DNA of 64,000 nt from Haliotis rufescens (lineage: Eukaryota): positions 27,590,001-27,654,000 of the forward strand of contig NW_025963813.1 of NCBI RefSeq assembly GCF_023055435.1, given 5' to 3'. Position numbers and translations under genes: made by a program. The notes under the pieces were generated by a model. It searched no databases and was not told the origin of the DNA. It saw only the letters and a list, made by a program, of their open reading frames with translations. How positions within the stretch are numbered: the first letter of the stretch is position 1; each line of letters begins with the position of its first letter. Of the stretch, positions 24,404 through 35,834 are shown in pieces.

Positions 24404-24569
24404 GGGGCGGTCGGGTAGCTTAGTGGTTAAAGCGTTCGCTCGTCATGCTGAAGACCCGGGTGCGATTCCCGACATGGGTACAATGTGTGAAGCCCATTTC
24501 TGGTGTCCCCCGCCGTGATATTGCTGGAATATTGCTAAAAGCGGCGTAAAACCGTACTCACTCACTCAC
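24404..24569 (+). mobile_element. SINE family B, full length with near-perfect TSD
   Basis: GGGGCGGTCGGGTAGCTTAGTGGTTAAAGCG...(ACTC)n flanked by CTTTTCTTAATA / CTTTTCTTATTA. Confidence 0.9.
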
Positions 24570-24755
24570 TTTTCTTATTATCTTTGAACGAAATCGTACA
24601 ACATCTTACTTTCGACAATTATTTGCCTCTGTTATGTTACCATGGTAACCTTTTCGGTTGAGTCCTGATATATATTGTACCTAAATACCACATGTGAACG
24701 AAATCTCTAAATATCGGCCACTCAGCTCTGCAGAGGCAGCTTTTACGTTGCCATG

Positions 24756-25046
24756 GAGTGAGTGAGTAAGTGAGTAAGTGAGTTTAACGCCACTTTTAAG
24801 AGTATTCTAGTTATATCACGGCGTGTCACCTTAAGGTGAGAGGAAAGACCCAAGTGATGCAGGTCTCAGACGTTTACCACTTCATTGAAACCCACGAACA
24901 CGGGTATGGTGCTGACAAACCTAGAACCATAATCGGGGCGAACCGGGATTCGAACCCGTAATCATAGGTTTCTGGCGTGCTCAAGGGACGCAAATCTGCA
25001 CAGCGAATCGCGGCGCCTTAGACGACTGGGCCACCCGTACCCACCG
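24756..25046 (-). mobile_element. tRNA-derived SINE, family C (~290 bp)
   Basis: Reverse-complement homologue of 57863-58117; flanked by the direct repeat CGTTGCCATG; (ACTC)n tail. Confidence 0.82.
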
Positions 25047-25701
25047 CGTTGCCATGAAAGAAAGGTGGAAACTTTATCATATTCTATTGTGTCCAAAGAG
25101 ACGTTGTTGAGAGGTATCAGTAATGAGAAGGTGCAGTGCACTTACACAAGTTCCATGGCTCTTCTACATGTCGTTTCTTAGAAAACGTACAAAGTACAAC
25201 ATACTTTTACATCAAGGGGAGATATATATGATATTAACCCTTTATTTAAGAAAAAACCCATTTAGGACAGTTTTTACATTATTAGTTTACATGTAATCCT
25301 TAATGTAAAACCTATTACATTGAGTGTACTTTATAAATTACAATTTTATGTAGGGCAGGACGTGCTTAATCTTTTCGCAAACACTGATTTTCAGTGATCC
25401 ATTTATATAATTTCCACTGCTATATTTTGCTTTAACGCACAATGGAATCTGGATAATCGAGACTGCTCAATTCAATAGCGTAGATGTTTCACATTAGTTG
25501 AAAATCGTAAATACATTCCATGGACAATCAAAATGGACAGAGTGTTAGGACCACGCATTACACAATCTGGCCTGTTGTCTGACATGAAAGGTTTCCATGC
25601 CATGAAGTAACGATAAGGAGACAGGTGCAAGTTCCCAGACATTTGTACAATTTTGTTCATGTCAAAGTCTGAATTCTTTCAGCCAATCTTTAGATGACCT
25701 C

Positions 25702-25845
25702 AATGTCTGGAAAGCCGATGTCTTTCTTACTGGCATCGACTGCCATTCAGGCTTAGAGAAATGTGTCGCTTTTGGTGTCAGATATCCATCCGATGCGTTC
25801 ACCCAACATTGACGACCTTGCTCGGAGGTGTAGTCTGTGAAAGCT
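25702..25845 (+). pseudogene. Highly decayed sulfatase 5' relic
   Basis: AATGTGTCGCTTTTGGTGTCAGAT and CCGATGCGTTCACCCAACATTGACG align with 26162-26185 and 26246-26270. Confidence 0.55.
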
Positions 25846-26104
25846 GTGGACTGTGTTTAGGGTCAAAGAATGTATTTGATATTTTTTCTAACATGGACAT
25901 AACACACATACCAACTGATAAGAATCGGCTGCTATGTTCACAGCCCAGAAGATAACAATTTTCCATTGTCAGCACTATAAGTCTAAAAGGGTACCGTGTA
26001 CATAAGTCACATACCAACTGATAAGACTCTGCTGCTACGTTCACAGGCCAGAAGATACATAAATCCCTTCTTGTCAGCTGGAACCAAGTGTAATTTTAGA
26101 AGTT

Positions 26105-27626
26105 ATGATGTTGAGGGTGACTCTTCTGCTGATGGCGGTGACTGCCGCCCTGGCTCGCATGAATGTGCTGTTTTTGGTGTCAGATGACATGAGACCTGAA
26201 CTCTCCATTTTTAAAGGAAAAGACTTCCCGAGTCCTGTCCATCCTCCGATACATTCACCCAACCTTGACGCCCTGGCACGAAGGAGTCTTCTGTTAAAGA
26301 GAGCCCATGTTCAGCAGGCTGTGTGTTCCCCGAGCAGATCATCTCTCCTCACAGGACGAAGACCGGATACTACCCATGTGTATGATTTGCAAGCTTATTG
26401 GAGAGTTGTGGGAGGGAACTTCACCACCATCCCTCAGTACTTTAAGGAGAACGGCTACAGAACCATTGGTTCCGGTAAGATATTTCACCCCGGACATGCC
26501 TCCAATTACAACGACCCCATATCCTGGACAGACCCATATTTTGAAGCAGGGGGACCGGCAAACGATTTTGTATACAAGGAACATGTGAGCTGGATGAATG
26601 TGCCAATGGATCTTCTAAAGAACAACTCCCTTCAAGACACCCAGAATGCTGACTTTGCCATTAAAATGATCAGAGAGGCTGCTCCCCAAGCCAGATCTGG
26701 AGAACGTCCTTTCTTCATTGCACAAGGTTTCCATAAGCCCCATCTTCCCTTTGTGGCAACAATGAGGTTCTTTGACATGTACCCCGAGTCGTCTATCAGT
26801 CTCCCAGCCAACCCATACGCTCCTGATAAGATGCCAGAAATATGCATGGTCTAATTACAATATGACAGAGCTTGGAAGATACGTTGACATTGCAAACTTA
26901 AATGCTTCTGGAGACATTAACTCCACACTCCCTAACGATGTTATCCTCAAATTGAGGAGAGCCTACTACAGCGCCCTCAGCTACACCGACTACGAGCTGG
27001 GACGAGTGGTCAAGGAACTGGAGAACCAAGGACTGGCCAACAACACAATCATCTCCTTCTGGGGCGATCACGGCTGGCAGCTTGGTGAACACGGTGAGTG
27101 GTGCAAACACACTGACTTTGAAATCGCCACCCACGCCCCTATGATGGTACATGTGCCGGGTCTCACTGACAACGGTATCATGACGGAAGAACTCACCGAG
27201 TTTGTGGATATGTTTCCTACTCTAGTAGAAGCTGCAGGTCTTCCTGCTCTTGACCTGTGTCCAGAAAACTCTACCAATGTCCTTCTTTGCACCGAAGGCA
27301 ATAGTTTGATACCTCTAATAACAAACCCAGCAAGTCCCAACTGGAAGAAGGCTGTGTTCTCCCAGTACCCTAGGAATGAAAGCAACGGTGATCAAATGGG
27401 CTACAGCATGACCACCGATCACTACAGATACACAGAGTGGGTCAAATTCAACTCACAACCCCTGTACAGGCCAGACTGGACCCAAGTGTTCGGTGTGGAG
27501 CTGTATGACCATTATCAGGATCCTGAGGAAAACAAGAACCTGGCGTATGATTCCGCCTACAGCGCCTTGGTGGCTCAACTCAGCAAACAGCTACATGCTG
27601 GCTGGAGGGCAGCTAGACCGAAGTAG
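26105..27626 (+). pseudogene. IDS: IDS-like sulfatase copy 3, full length with one +1 frameshift (~26841)
   Basis: ORFs 26105-26854 and 26772-27626 join into a complete sulfatase; CCAGAAATATGCATGG here vs CCAGAAATTGCATGG in copy 4; all catalytic motifs intact; AATAAA at ~27685. Confidence 0.88.
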
Positions 27627-28296
27627 GAAGGACAACAAGGGGTGGAAGATATGTCCACCAATGTTGCAATCAGAGGACCTGTGTAATAAATCAATTTTTT
27701 TTTGTTTAACGCCGCAATCGGCAATATTAAATCTATCCAAACAAGGCAGTTTTATATCATTTTATATGCACATACTTCTTTATGCAATCTGTGTAAGTGG
27801 TAGGTGCAACCGGTAGGTCAGTACATGCTTACCCTTTTCGCGAACACCTGATGTTATCACTAATTTTAGTGGTCAATTCATATAATTTCCACTGCTGTTT
27901 TGCCTCTTATCCCCAGTGGAATCCATTTCTTCGAATAATCGAGACTGGCTATTCTCTGTCATTGACGTTTTATATAATTATATAATAATTAACTAATTTG
28001 GAATATGGAGTCTCAGTGAAATGAAATGTCACGATAGTCTGATGGTGTTGGAGTAAGATTTCAATGCCCGTCAGCAGATTGCGTCCTTCAGATGAACCAG
28101 AATCTACGTTTATAGGATCAAATCTGTTATCAGTGCAATAAACATGCTCATTGGATTCACCATTCTGAAAACGTCTAAGTCGTGTTTTCCATTTTGTGAA
28201 TACCTCCCATGTATCATGAAACGCACGAGTTACGCTTACTAAAACGTGTTCAAAGTTGAACTTGTCTTTAAATCAAACTATTCAAAGATAATATGA

Positions 28297-28403
28297 TTAT
28301 AATGCACATTGGTAGTGATTAAAATGCATATTGGTAGTGATTATAATGCATATCGGTAGTGATTATAATGCACATTGGTAGTGATTATAATGCATATTGG
28401 AAG
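28297..28403. repeat. 22-bp tandem repeat, about 5 units
   Basis: TTATAATGCA(C/T)ATTGGTAGTGA units. Confidence 0.9.
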
Positions 28404-29454
28404 TATTAAAGCTGCGTCCAGTAGAATGAAGTGAAATTCTTTAACCTTTGGTACAAGATCATATTCATTAATATAGCGACGTCCATGCACGTGTGTATGT
28501 GGCTGATTGTAATTGTCCTGACTTTTGTCGGTTTAATACTTCCAACCCACTGATATACCATGCCGTAGTTTAACATGGATACCCTAGATACACAAACAGT
28601 CTTTGTTTTTCCCCCTTAATGCCGAGCACACGGTAACATCAAGTGCCTCATTTTAACGTCATCTTTCTTTGACACGGCCGGGGACTGAACCACCCACCTT
28701 ACAGTCTCCGTTACAGATGCAGTGTTGCATTAAGCTTTCTTTTTAGGAACAGTCAGCTATTTGTCAATTATTTTGTACTGTGTTGTCCCTTTTGTTTCAT
28801 TTATCGTTTCCAATCATCCGAACCCCGTGGAGATTCTAGGTCCGAATAGATAGTTTCGGACCACTTGACAGACAAACGGCCAAATAGTACAGAGAAACTG
28901 TGTCTATAGATCGGCACAGGATACGGTAGAATACACACAAGCTCTATCAATCAGCACGCCAAAATTCGGGTTGTCTATCGCCGAATAGATACCCAATCCG
29001 TCATGTCATCGAGTGTTCAAGCAGCGTAGATGACCTGAGTCAATGGTCTGTCTGTCCCGGCATAGATTACATGTATATATAGTGATATAACTGGAATATA
29101 TCTCACTCCGTCATAAGACACTCACACTCTCCGATTTCCTGAAACAATGCTGCTTGTTTAGACACGGAAATATGTTTTGAATCTATTTTATGTTAGTTCA
29201 CGTGACTGAATCAGTTTGATTTAATACCGTTTCGAGCCTCGCTTCAGTTTATAGAGACACAGGATACATGGATTTAACTTCTATATCTGGAGCATTGCTG
29301 TGTGTGTCATTAAACAGCAAACAAACCAATAAATAAACCAATAAAAAAGTTCTGTATACATTATACATCGGCCTTTCCTCCGACATTAAACTGACAGGCA
29401 TTGATATTGCTGCATTACTGCGTTAAACCAAACACACTGACACTTACACACAAT

Positions 29455-29908
29455 AACGTCTTTGATAGGCATTTAGAAGTTGGAGTACTAAGTAAGGATA
29501 AGAATTTATGGATGAACAACTGCTTTATTATAATTAGGATGAGGAAAACTACAAGAAGCCATCAACATCAAAAGACTTCAGCCGTCAATCAACCGGCGTA
29601 CCAACAACTCATCAAAGACCCCAATCAGCCATAATCCCGTTGTTTATATTACTGGCTTCATCCTTTGTTTATGTCACTGACTTCAACGATGATTGTCATC
29701 ACTACCCGTGTGTGTACATAACAGGCTTCTCTACTCCAGTATAACAATATCTACTCTACTGTATAAACATTGCCTCCTACTTGTATATATACTTGCCAAC
29801 CACACTCTATAAATCACTTGCTTGATAACGGTGTTAGAACCTACACCGAAACTTCGTTCTTAATTGTAATAAAGAAGTTGTTCATCCATAAATTCTTATC
29901 CTTACTTA
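29455..29908. mobile_element. Non-autonomous Penelope-like element with inverted pLTR-like segment and hammerhead-like motif
   Basis: Flanking direct repeat CTTACACACAAT (29443-54, 29905-16); 42-bp inverted repeat 29489-29530 / 29867-29908; CTTGATAAC-stem-GAAAC motif at 29821-29852. Confidence 0.6.
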
Positions 29909-30144
29909 CACACAATGTTTCGAGGCTACATCTTGTCCCTTCATCAGGTGAAAACTCATTTCAGTCATATAACTGCATCTCAGCTGAATGTCAAAGAAAG
30001 TGGCGTGGACCTGATCATGAGCCCTGGTTTGAAAACAAACTCCACATTTTTACCAAAGGGGTGAGCGACTACGAGCTTTATCGCTGCGACTGGAGTACAA
30101 CCTTTTTTTAATCGCTTTCACAATCAACATCAGTCATCCACAGT

Positions 30145-32136
30145 AAGGAGATGAGCAAAGGAGAGAGTGAGTGATAACCAGGGAAGGGAGAGAGTGTGTG
30201 GGTGAGCAAGGGAGAGAGTGTGTGGATGAGCAAGCGAGAGAGTGTGTGGATGAGCAAGGGAGAGAGTGTGTGGATGAGCAAGGGAGAGAGGGGGTGATAT
30301 GATGAGCAAGGGAGAGAGTGTGTGGATGAGCAAGGGAGAGAGTGTGTGGATGAGCAAGGGAGAGAGTGTGTGGATGAGGAAGGGAGAGAGGAGGTGATAT
30401 GATGAGCAAGGGAGAGAGGGGTGATATGATGAGCAAGGGAGAGAGGGGTGATATGGTGAGCAAGGGAGAGAGGGGGTGATTGGATAAATACGGGAGAGAG
30501 GGAGTGATATGGTGAGCAAGGGAGAGAGGGGGTGATGTGGTGAGCAAGGGAGAGAGGAGGTGATAGAATGAGCAAGGGGGAAAGGAGGTGATATGGTGAG
30601 CAAGGGAGAGAGGGAAAGATGGGGGTGATATGGCGAGCAAGGGAGAGAGAAGGTGATAGGATGAGCAAGGGAGAGAGGGGGTGATATGGTGAGCAAGGGA
30701 GAGAGGAGGTGATAGAATGAGCAAGGGAGAGAGGGGGTGATATGGTGAGCAAGGGAGATAGGAGGTGATATGGTGAGTAAGGGGAAGAGGAAGTGATATG
30801 GTGAGCAAGGGAGAGAGGGGGTGATTGGATAAATACGGGGGAGAGGGGGTGATATGGTGAGCAAGGGACAGAGGAGGTGATGTGGCGAGCAAGGAAGAGA
30901 CGAGTGACAGGATGAGCAAGGGAGGGAGGGGGTGATGTGGTGAGCAAGGGAGAGAGTGTGTGGATGAGCAAGGGAGAGAGGGAGTGAAAGGATGAGCAAG
31001 GGAGAGACGGATTGATTGGATGAGCAAGGGAGAGGAGGTGATAGGATGAGCAAGGGAGAGAGGGGGCGATGTGGTGAGCAAGGGAGAGAGGAGGTGATAT
31101 GGTGAGCAAGGGAGAGAGGGAGTGAAAGGATGAGCAAGGGAGAGAGTGGGTGATGTGGCGAGCAATGGAGAGAGGAGGAGTAGTATAAGTAATGGTGATT
31201 CTGGCTCACATCAACTGGAGCCAGATTTATATACCTATACCACCACTACAGGGGGGATTTTTTGTGCAAAAATGATGATGCCATTCAACGATCGTCATAT
31301 ATGCATGAGATTAAACTAAATTGTAATGAAAATATTCTCTATTATTTTTATTCATATGTATACCATTATTTTTAAGGGGTGATATGATGAGCAAGGGAGA
31401 GAGGGGTGATATGGTGAGCAAGGGAGAGAGGGGGTGATTGGATAAATACGGGAGAGAGGGAGTGATATGGTGAGCAAGGGAGAGAGGGGGTGATGTGGTG
31501 AGCAAGGGAGAGAGGAGGTGATAGAATGAGCAAGGGGGAAAGGAGGTGATATGGTGAGCAAGGGAGAGAGGGAAAGATGGGGGTGATATGGCGAGCAAGG
31601 GAGAGAGAAGGTGATAGGATGAGCAAGGGAGAGAGGGGGTGATATGGTGAGCAAGGGAGAGAGGAGGTGATAGAATGAGCAAGGGAGAGAGGGGGTGATA
31701 TGGTGAGCAAGGGAGATAGGAGGTGATATGGTGAGTAAGGGGAAGAGGAAGTGATATGGTGAGCAAGGGAGAGAGGGGGTGATTGGATAAATACGGGGGA
31801 GAGGGGGTGATATGGTGAGCAAGGGACAGAGGAGGTGATGTGGCGAGCAAGGAAGAGACGAGTGACAGGATGAGCAAGGGAGGGAGGGGGTGATGTGGTG
31901 AGCAAGGGAGAGAGTGTGTGGATGAGCAAGGGAGAGAGGGAGTGAAAGGATGAGCAAGGGAGAGACGGATTGATTGGATGAGCAAGGGAGAGGAGGTGAT
32001 AGGATGAGCAAGGGAGAGAGGGGGCGATGTGGTGAGCAAGGGAGAGAGGAGGTGATATGGTGAGCAAGGGAGAGAGGGAGTGAAAGGATGAGCAAGGGAG
32101 AGAGTGGGTGATGTGGCGAGCAATGGAGAGAGGAGG
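30145..32136. repeat. GA-rich ~23-28-bp minisatellite, the Polinton target site, including a 958-bp tandem duplication
   Basis: Units GAGCAAGGGAGAGAG(G/A)GGTGATATGGT; array resumes at 49121-49260; ~30417-31374 is repeated at ~31375-32332. Confidence 0.92.
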
Positions 32137-32268
32137 AGTAGTATAAGTAATGGTGATTCTGGCTCACATCAACTGGAGCCAGATTTATATACCTATACCA
32201 CCACTACAGGGGGGATTTTTTGTGCAAAAATGATGATGCCATTCAACGATCGTCATATATGCATGAGA

Positions 32269-32523
32269 TTAAACTAAATTGTAATGAAAATATTCTCTAT
32301 TATTTTTATTCATATGTATACCATTATTTTTAACAAAGTGATACTCAACATTTTTACGAAGTTCTTCGTTCATTTGACTAGGAGACGAGACTATATACTC
32401 TTCTTGGTAATTGGAAAGAAACAATTGATGGCCGTATTTGGTTGGTTTGATATCACTGATATAATATATACCTTGTGGTAATTCTTTCCATTTGATAATT
32501 TTGTCCCTGAGCATAAATTCCAT
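32269..32523 (-). CDS. Small Polinton ORF of unknown function (~84 aa)
   Basis: MEFMLRDKIIKWKELPQGIYYISDIKPTKYG...YFHYNLV; preceded by AATATATAATA-ATG; mostly deleted in copy 2. Confidence 0.5.
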   Translation of the reverse strand: MEFMLRDKIIKWKELPQGIYYISDIKPTKYGHQLFLSNYQEEYIVSSPSQMNEELRKNVEYHFVKNNGIHMNKNNREYFHYNLV

Positions 32524-32602
32524 TATTATATATTTATGGAAGCATTCTTCTAAATGTTGGTTTTGGCACGGAATAATTGACACGCTTGTTGTCTTCCCTG
32601 TT

Positions 32603-33097
32603 CTATGAGCTTTTTTCCTCGTCTTCGCTACTAATACCACTGGTCTTTGATGGAATCTCCTGCTTCATTGCGTTGTATTTGGTGAGTTCTGACAACACTA
32701 AACGAAACTCCTTCTCGGATATCTTACAATCAGCCATTGCTGTTGAAATATGATCCTCAATGCTGTTCAACTTTGCTTCGGCGAGTATACGAATATTATC
32801 ATGTTTTAATGCTTTCTTTTGCAACTTATGAGAAATGAAACTTATCGCGATTCCTGCCAGTCCTGAGACTCCGGCGGCTATTTGCATACCAAGTATGATA
32901 GGCGCGGCAATTATAGTTGATAGTAAACCAACACCGGCTACACCGAGTCCCATGCCAGCTGTTACAAGCGCGGTGTCAACTCCGTCAAGAGCATTGACGG
33001 CTCTGCAATACTTTTTATACAATCCAAGTCTCAACTCCCTACCCTTCTCTATTCGATGTTTTATGTCGCTTATTTTGATGTAATCGAAATCCATCAA
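32603..33097 (-). CDS. Polinton protein with Gly/Ala-rich hydrophobic hairpin (membrane-associated, function unknown)
   Basis: GVDTALVTAGMGLGVAGVGLLSTIIAAPIILGMQIAAGVSGLAGIAI; conserved in copy 2 (59233-59850). Confidence 0.75.
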   Translation of the reverse strand: MMDFDYIKISDIKHRIEKGRELRLGLYKKYCRAVNALDGVDTALVTAGMGLGVAGVGLLSTIIAAPIILGMQIAAGVSGLAGIAISFISHKLQKKALKHDNIRILAEAKLNSIEDHISTAMADCKISEKEFRLVLSELTKYNAMKQEIPSKTSGISSEDEEKSS

Positions 33098-33117
33098 CTA
33101 GTGTATATTATTATTAT

Positions 33118-33925
33118 ATCATATAATAGTCTTTAATTGGTCTTGCTTAAATGTTTTGAGAGTATACATCAACCTTATCAATTGTATATTCTATGGCATG
33201 AATATCTTAGTAAGAGAAATGCTGTCACTTTTAATAATTTGGACCCCCTCAAGGGTTGCAACGGGTGATGCTCCCATATAAATAATACTGCAACGTTGAC
33301 GTTGGTGTTTCTTTAGCTATTTAATTGATAGGCCTGGTAATATTTCGAAGGCATCTTCTGGTGCATGGCCGAACAAGACTTCAATAATAAGCGTAGAAAG
33401 ATTAGGTATTGCACTCAATTTCTCTTTAATGTAATTGAATTCAGTAACCAAATTTAAACTAACATTTTTTACTGCCGGACGACTAAATAACATATAACCT
33501 TGGTTTTCTGGCAGGGGAGAGACTAACACACTTTTTCGTTTTGATGGGATATAAGCCCCGAGTACGACCCAACTATTTATTATCTTAGTTAAATAATGTG
33601 CCTTACCCGTCATCACATACAATGGGGTAATGACGATATTCAATAGCCACTCGATTTTTACTTCGATCATAGTCCATTTATTATAATCGTTGCGAGTAAG
33701 ATTATACGAAGTGTTTTTATTGAGTCTACTAACGTCAACATTGGTTAAAACTCCTAGATTACCTGTGAATGCAACTTATTTCCGCTTGTATACATTATGT
33801 TGGAAGTGTAAAGCTTATAACTTACCATCGGTACTGGGTTTACCGAATCCTTCTGTGTCTCCGAGATTGGAAAGCGCAATTGTATTGGATTGTCTGAGCG
33901 TTCCAGGGCCTGATGAATCAACCAT
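33118..33925 (-). pseudogene. Polinton ORF of unknown function downstream of the minor capsid gene
   Basis: Stop-interrupted homologue of ORF 59865-60665. Confidence 0.7.
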
Positions 33926-34500
33926 TATTTGATTGTTACTCTCAAGTATCCTATATGTACAGGTTGATGTTTTACATCTAATGCAGAAATTTTGAGGTCT
34001 GAAATAATACCACGCCTTAATTTTTTATATTGTAATGATAAGAAAGATTCCGTTCTACCGCTATTGTATTTTTCATCTTTGACTGGAACAGCTCTGACTA
34101 GAGTTGAAGGACCTTCATGTCATGATTACTGTTATATCTCCTCTTCATCCAAGTGTAATTCCTAAGTTCATGAAATGCTTTACACCCTTTTCTCCAGCGT
34201 TTAAATTCAGTATCCCATTCGACTCATTTTGTGTGAGACTAATTCCATTAGGCTTAAAAATTTCATCATTGAGTGAGCATACACTGTAATACCCACCAGG
34301 TATAATAAGGTATTTGTCAATAACATCGTTTTCACCTTATATATATATCTGATTATTACCTTTTGTAGCACTTATATTGGTCCACCGCGGGTAATACGTT
34401 ACATCGCATAGGGCGACTTCAAGTTGTCCATCCGAGTTATCGATAGTAAGAAGCAGTTCAATAGACTGACAATTTGCTATTCCCTAGAGTGTAACATACA
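33918..34500 (-). pseudogene. Probable minor capsid (penton) protein, copy 1
   Basis: Disrupted homologue of 60662-61348 (LEVALCDVTYYP.WTNI, IP.GYYSV). Confidence 0.72.
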
Positions 34501-34512
34501 TATTATATATAC

Positions 34513-35834
34513 AATGGTACTATATCATAACTTAAATATGAAATAAACTTAGGTTACTAATCAGTCGATTTAAGTAAGTGCCTCTGGTGCTAATTTTTTT
34601 GTTAACTTCCCTGATATCTTTGAAAAATACTGGGTCACGGTAAAATGGTGCACGGTTGGTCACACAATCCAATGCAATTTTGGCAGAACCAGTTAAACTT
34701 TGCCATATGCTGTGCCACAACAGGATTTGGTGTATCTCTTTATGCCCCAGGATTTGAACTAAATACGTCTGTTTTATCATTTCACGTGTACTATCAGATA
34801 AGACGTATACGTAAAGAAATTAGTGCTCCATTACCGCAGGATCGAGCATGGAATTCCACAGATAATCCGTATGATAAGAGGGCCTTCGAATGTATTTGTA
34901 ATGAATTTAATGTTTCTATGAGTAAAGATTGGCGTATTAAAGGAATTAACCATGGTTGAGGCGTTCCTTACACAGGGAAAATAACCGTAAAAGAAGAAAG
35001 CAATGATTTATTTAAAGAAGTTAACAAAGGTCCATTTAATGCATTTAAGTTGTTGCATTACCAGCAAACTTTACATAAGAATGTATGATTATTTTCTAAA
35101 AACCCATCATTGGTATAAAGACTGGGAACTTTTGAGTAACGATTGGAGAGGAGATATTATGAGTTTTAAGAGTGGTTTAATTTATATTGTTACAAAATTT
35201 GTACAACTGAATGATACCGCAAACGCTTGGAATGAATATCTTAATGATAAAACAGAAAATAAATTTACTAACCCAGGAGTTGTAAGAGTTAATGAATCAA
35301 TAAGAACTTATGTATGGGCAATTCTTGGTACACTATCTCAAACACGAACGGGAATAATCGGTTCTGGGACGGCGCTCGATGCACAAAAACAGTTTGTTAC
35401 AAACGTGGAGGATGCTATTAATTCACCAGTTGACATACCATCTTCTATAAAACGTTATCAAGATGTATTACAGTACGCTCAATCCAAAGTACACTACGTT
35501 TATGCGCCGGGACTATACATGTCTCCGAGTAATATGGAACTTAAGATCGGTGTAGTGATTGGTTATAATAATAAAATTGTTATTGCTACCGATCAACAAA
35601 AAAACAGGTATAAATTCAGATATTAACACCGAATTAATAACGAAAACAAACACAGGCGAAACGGGAATAGTCAAGCCACAGATATCTACTAATGCTCAAC
35701 CATCTACTAACGCACAACCACAAGTGCCACCACATATTGCAGCTAAAAATCAACAACATATCGATGAAAAAACATCCCTTATAGTAGGTGGAGTCGCGGC
35801 TGGTTTACTCATGATTTGGTTAAATAGTCTTTAG
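34513..35834 (+). pseudogene. Polinton ~430-aa protein with C-terminal membrane anchor, function unknown
   Basis: FWQNQLNFA..CATTG.GVS, FHVYYQIRRI, C-terminal LIVGGVAAGLLMIWL; frameshifted; homologue at 61361-62686. Confidence 0.75.

Noticed and set aside
24404-24480. tRNA gene
   Set aside because: The tRNA-like head continues into a SINE body and (ACTC)n tail with a TSD; many diverged copies.
5571-27626. Sulfatases as Polinton cargo or as bacterial contamination
   Set aside because: All sulfatase copies lie outside the TIRs and are embedded among SINEs, microsatellites and an intron-containing transposon.
30108-32167. Long Ser/Pro/Leu/His-rich ORFs (231-359 aa)
   Set aside because: Open in all three minus frames because the minisatellite lacks stops; not genes.
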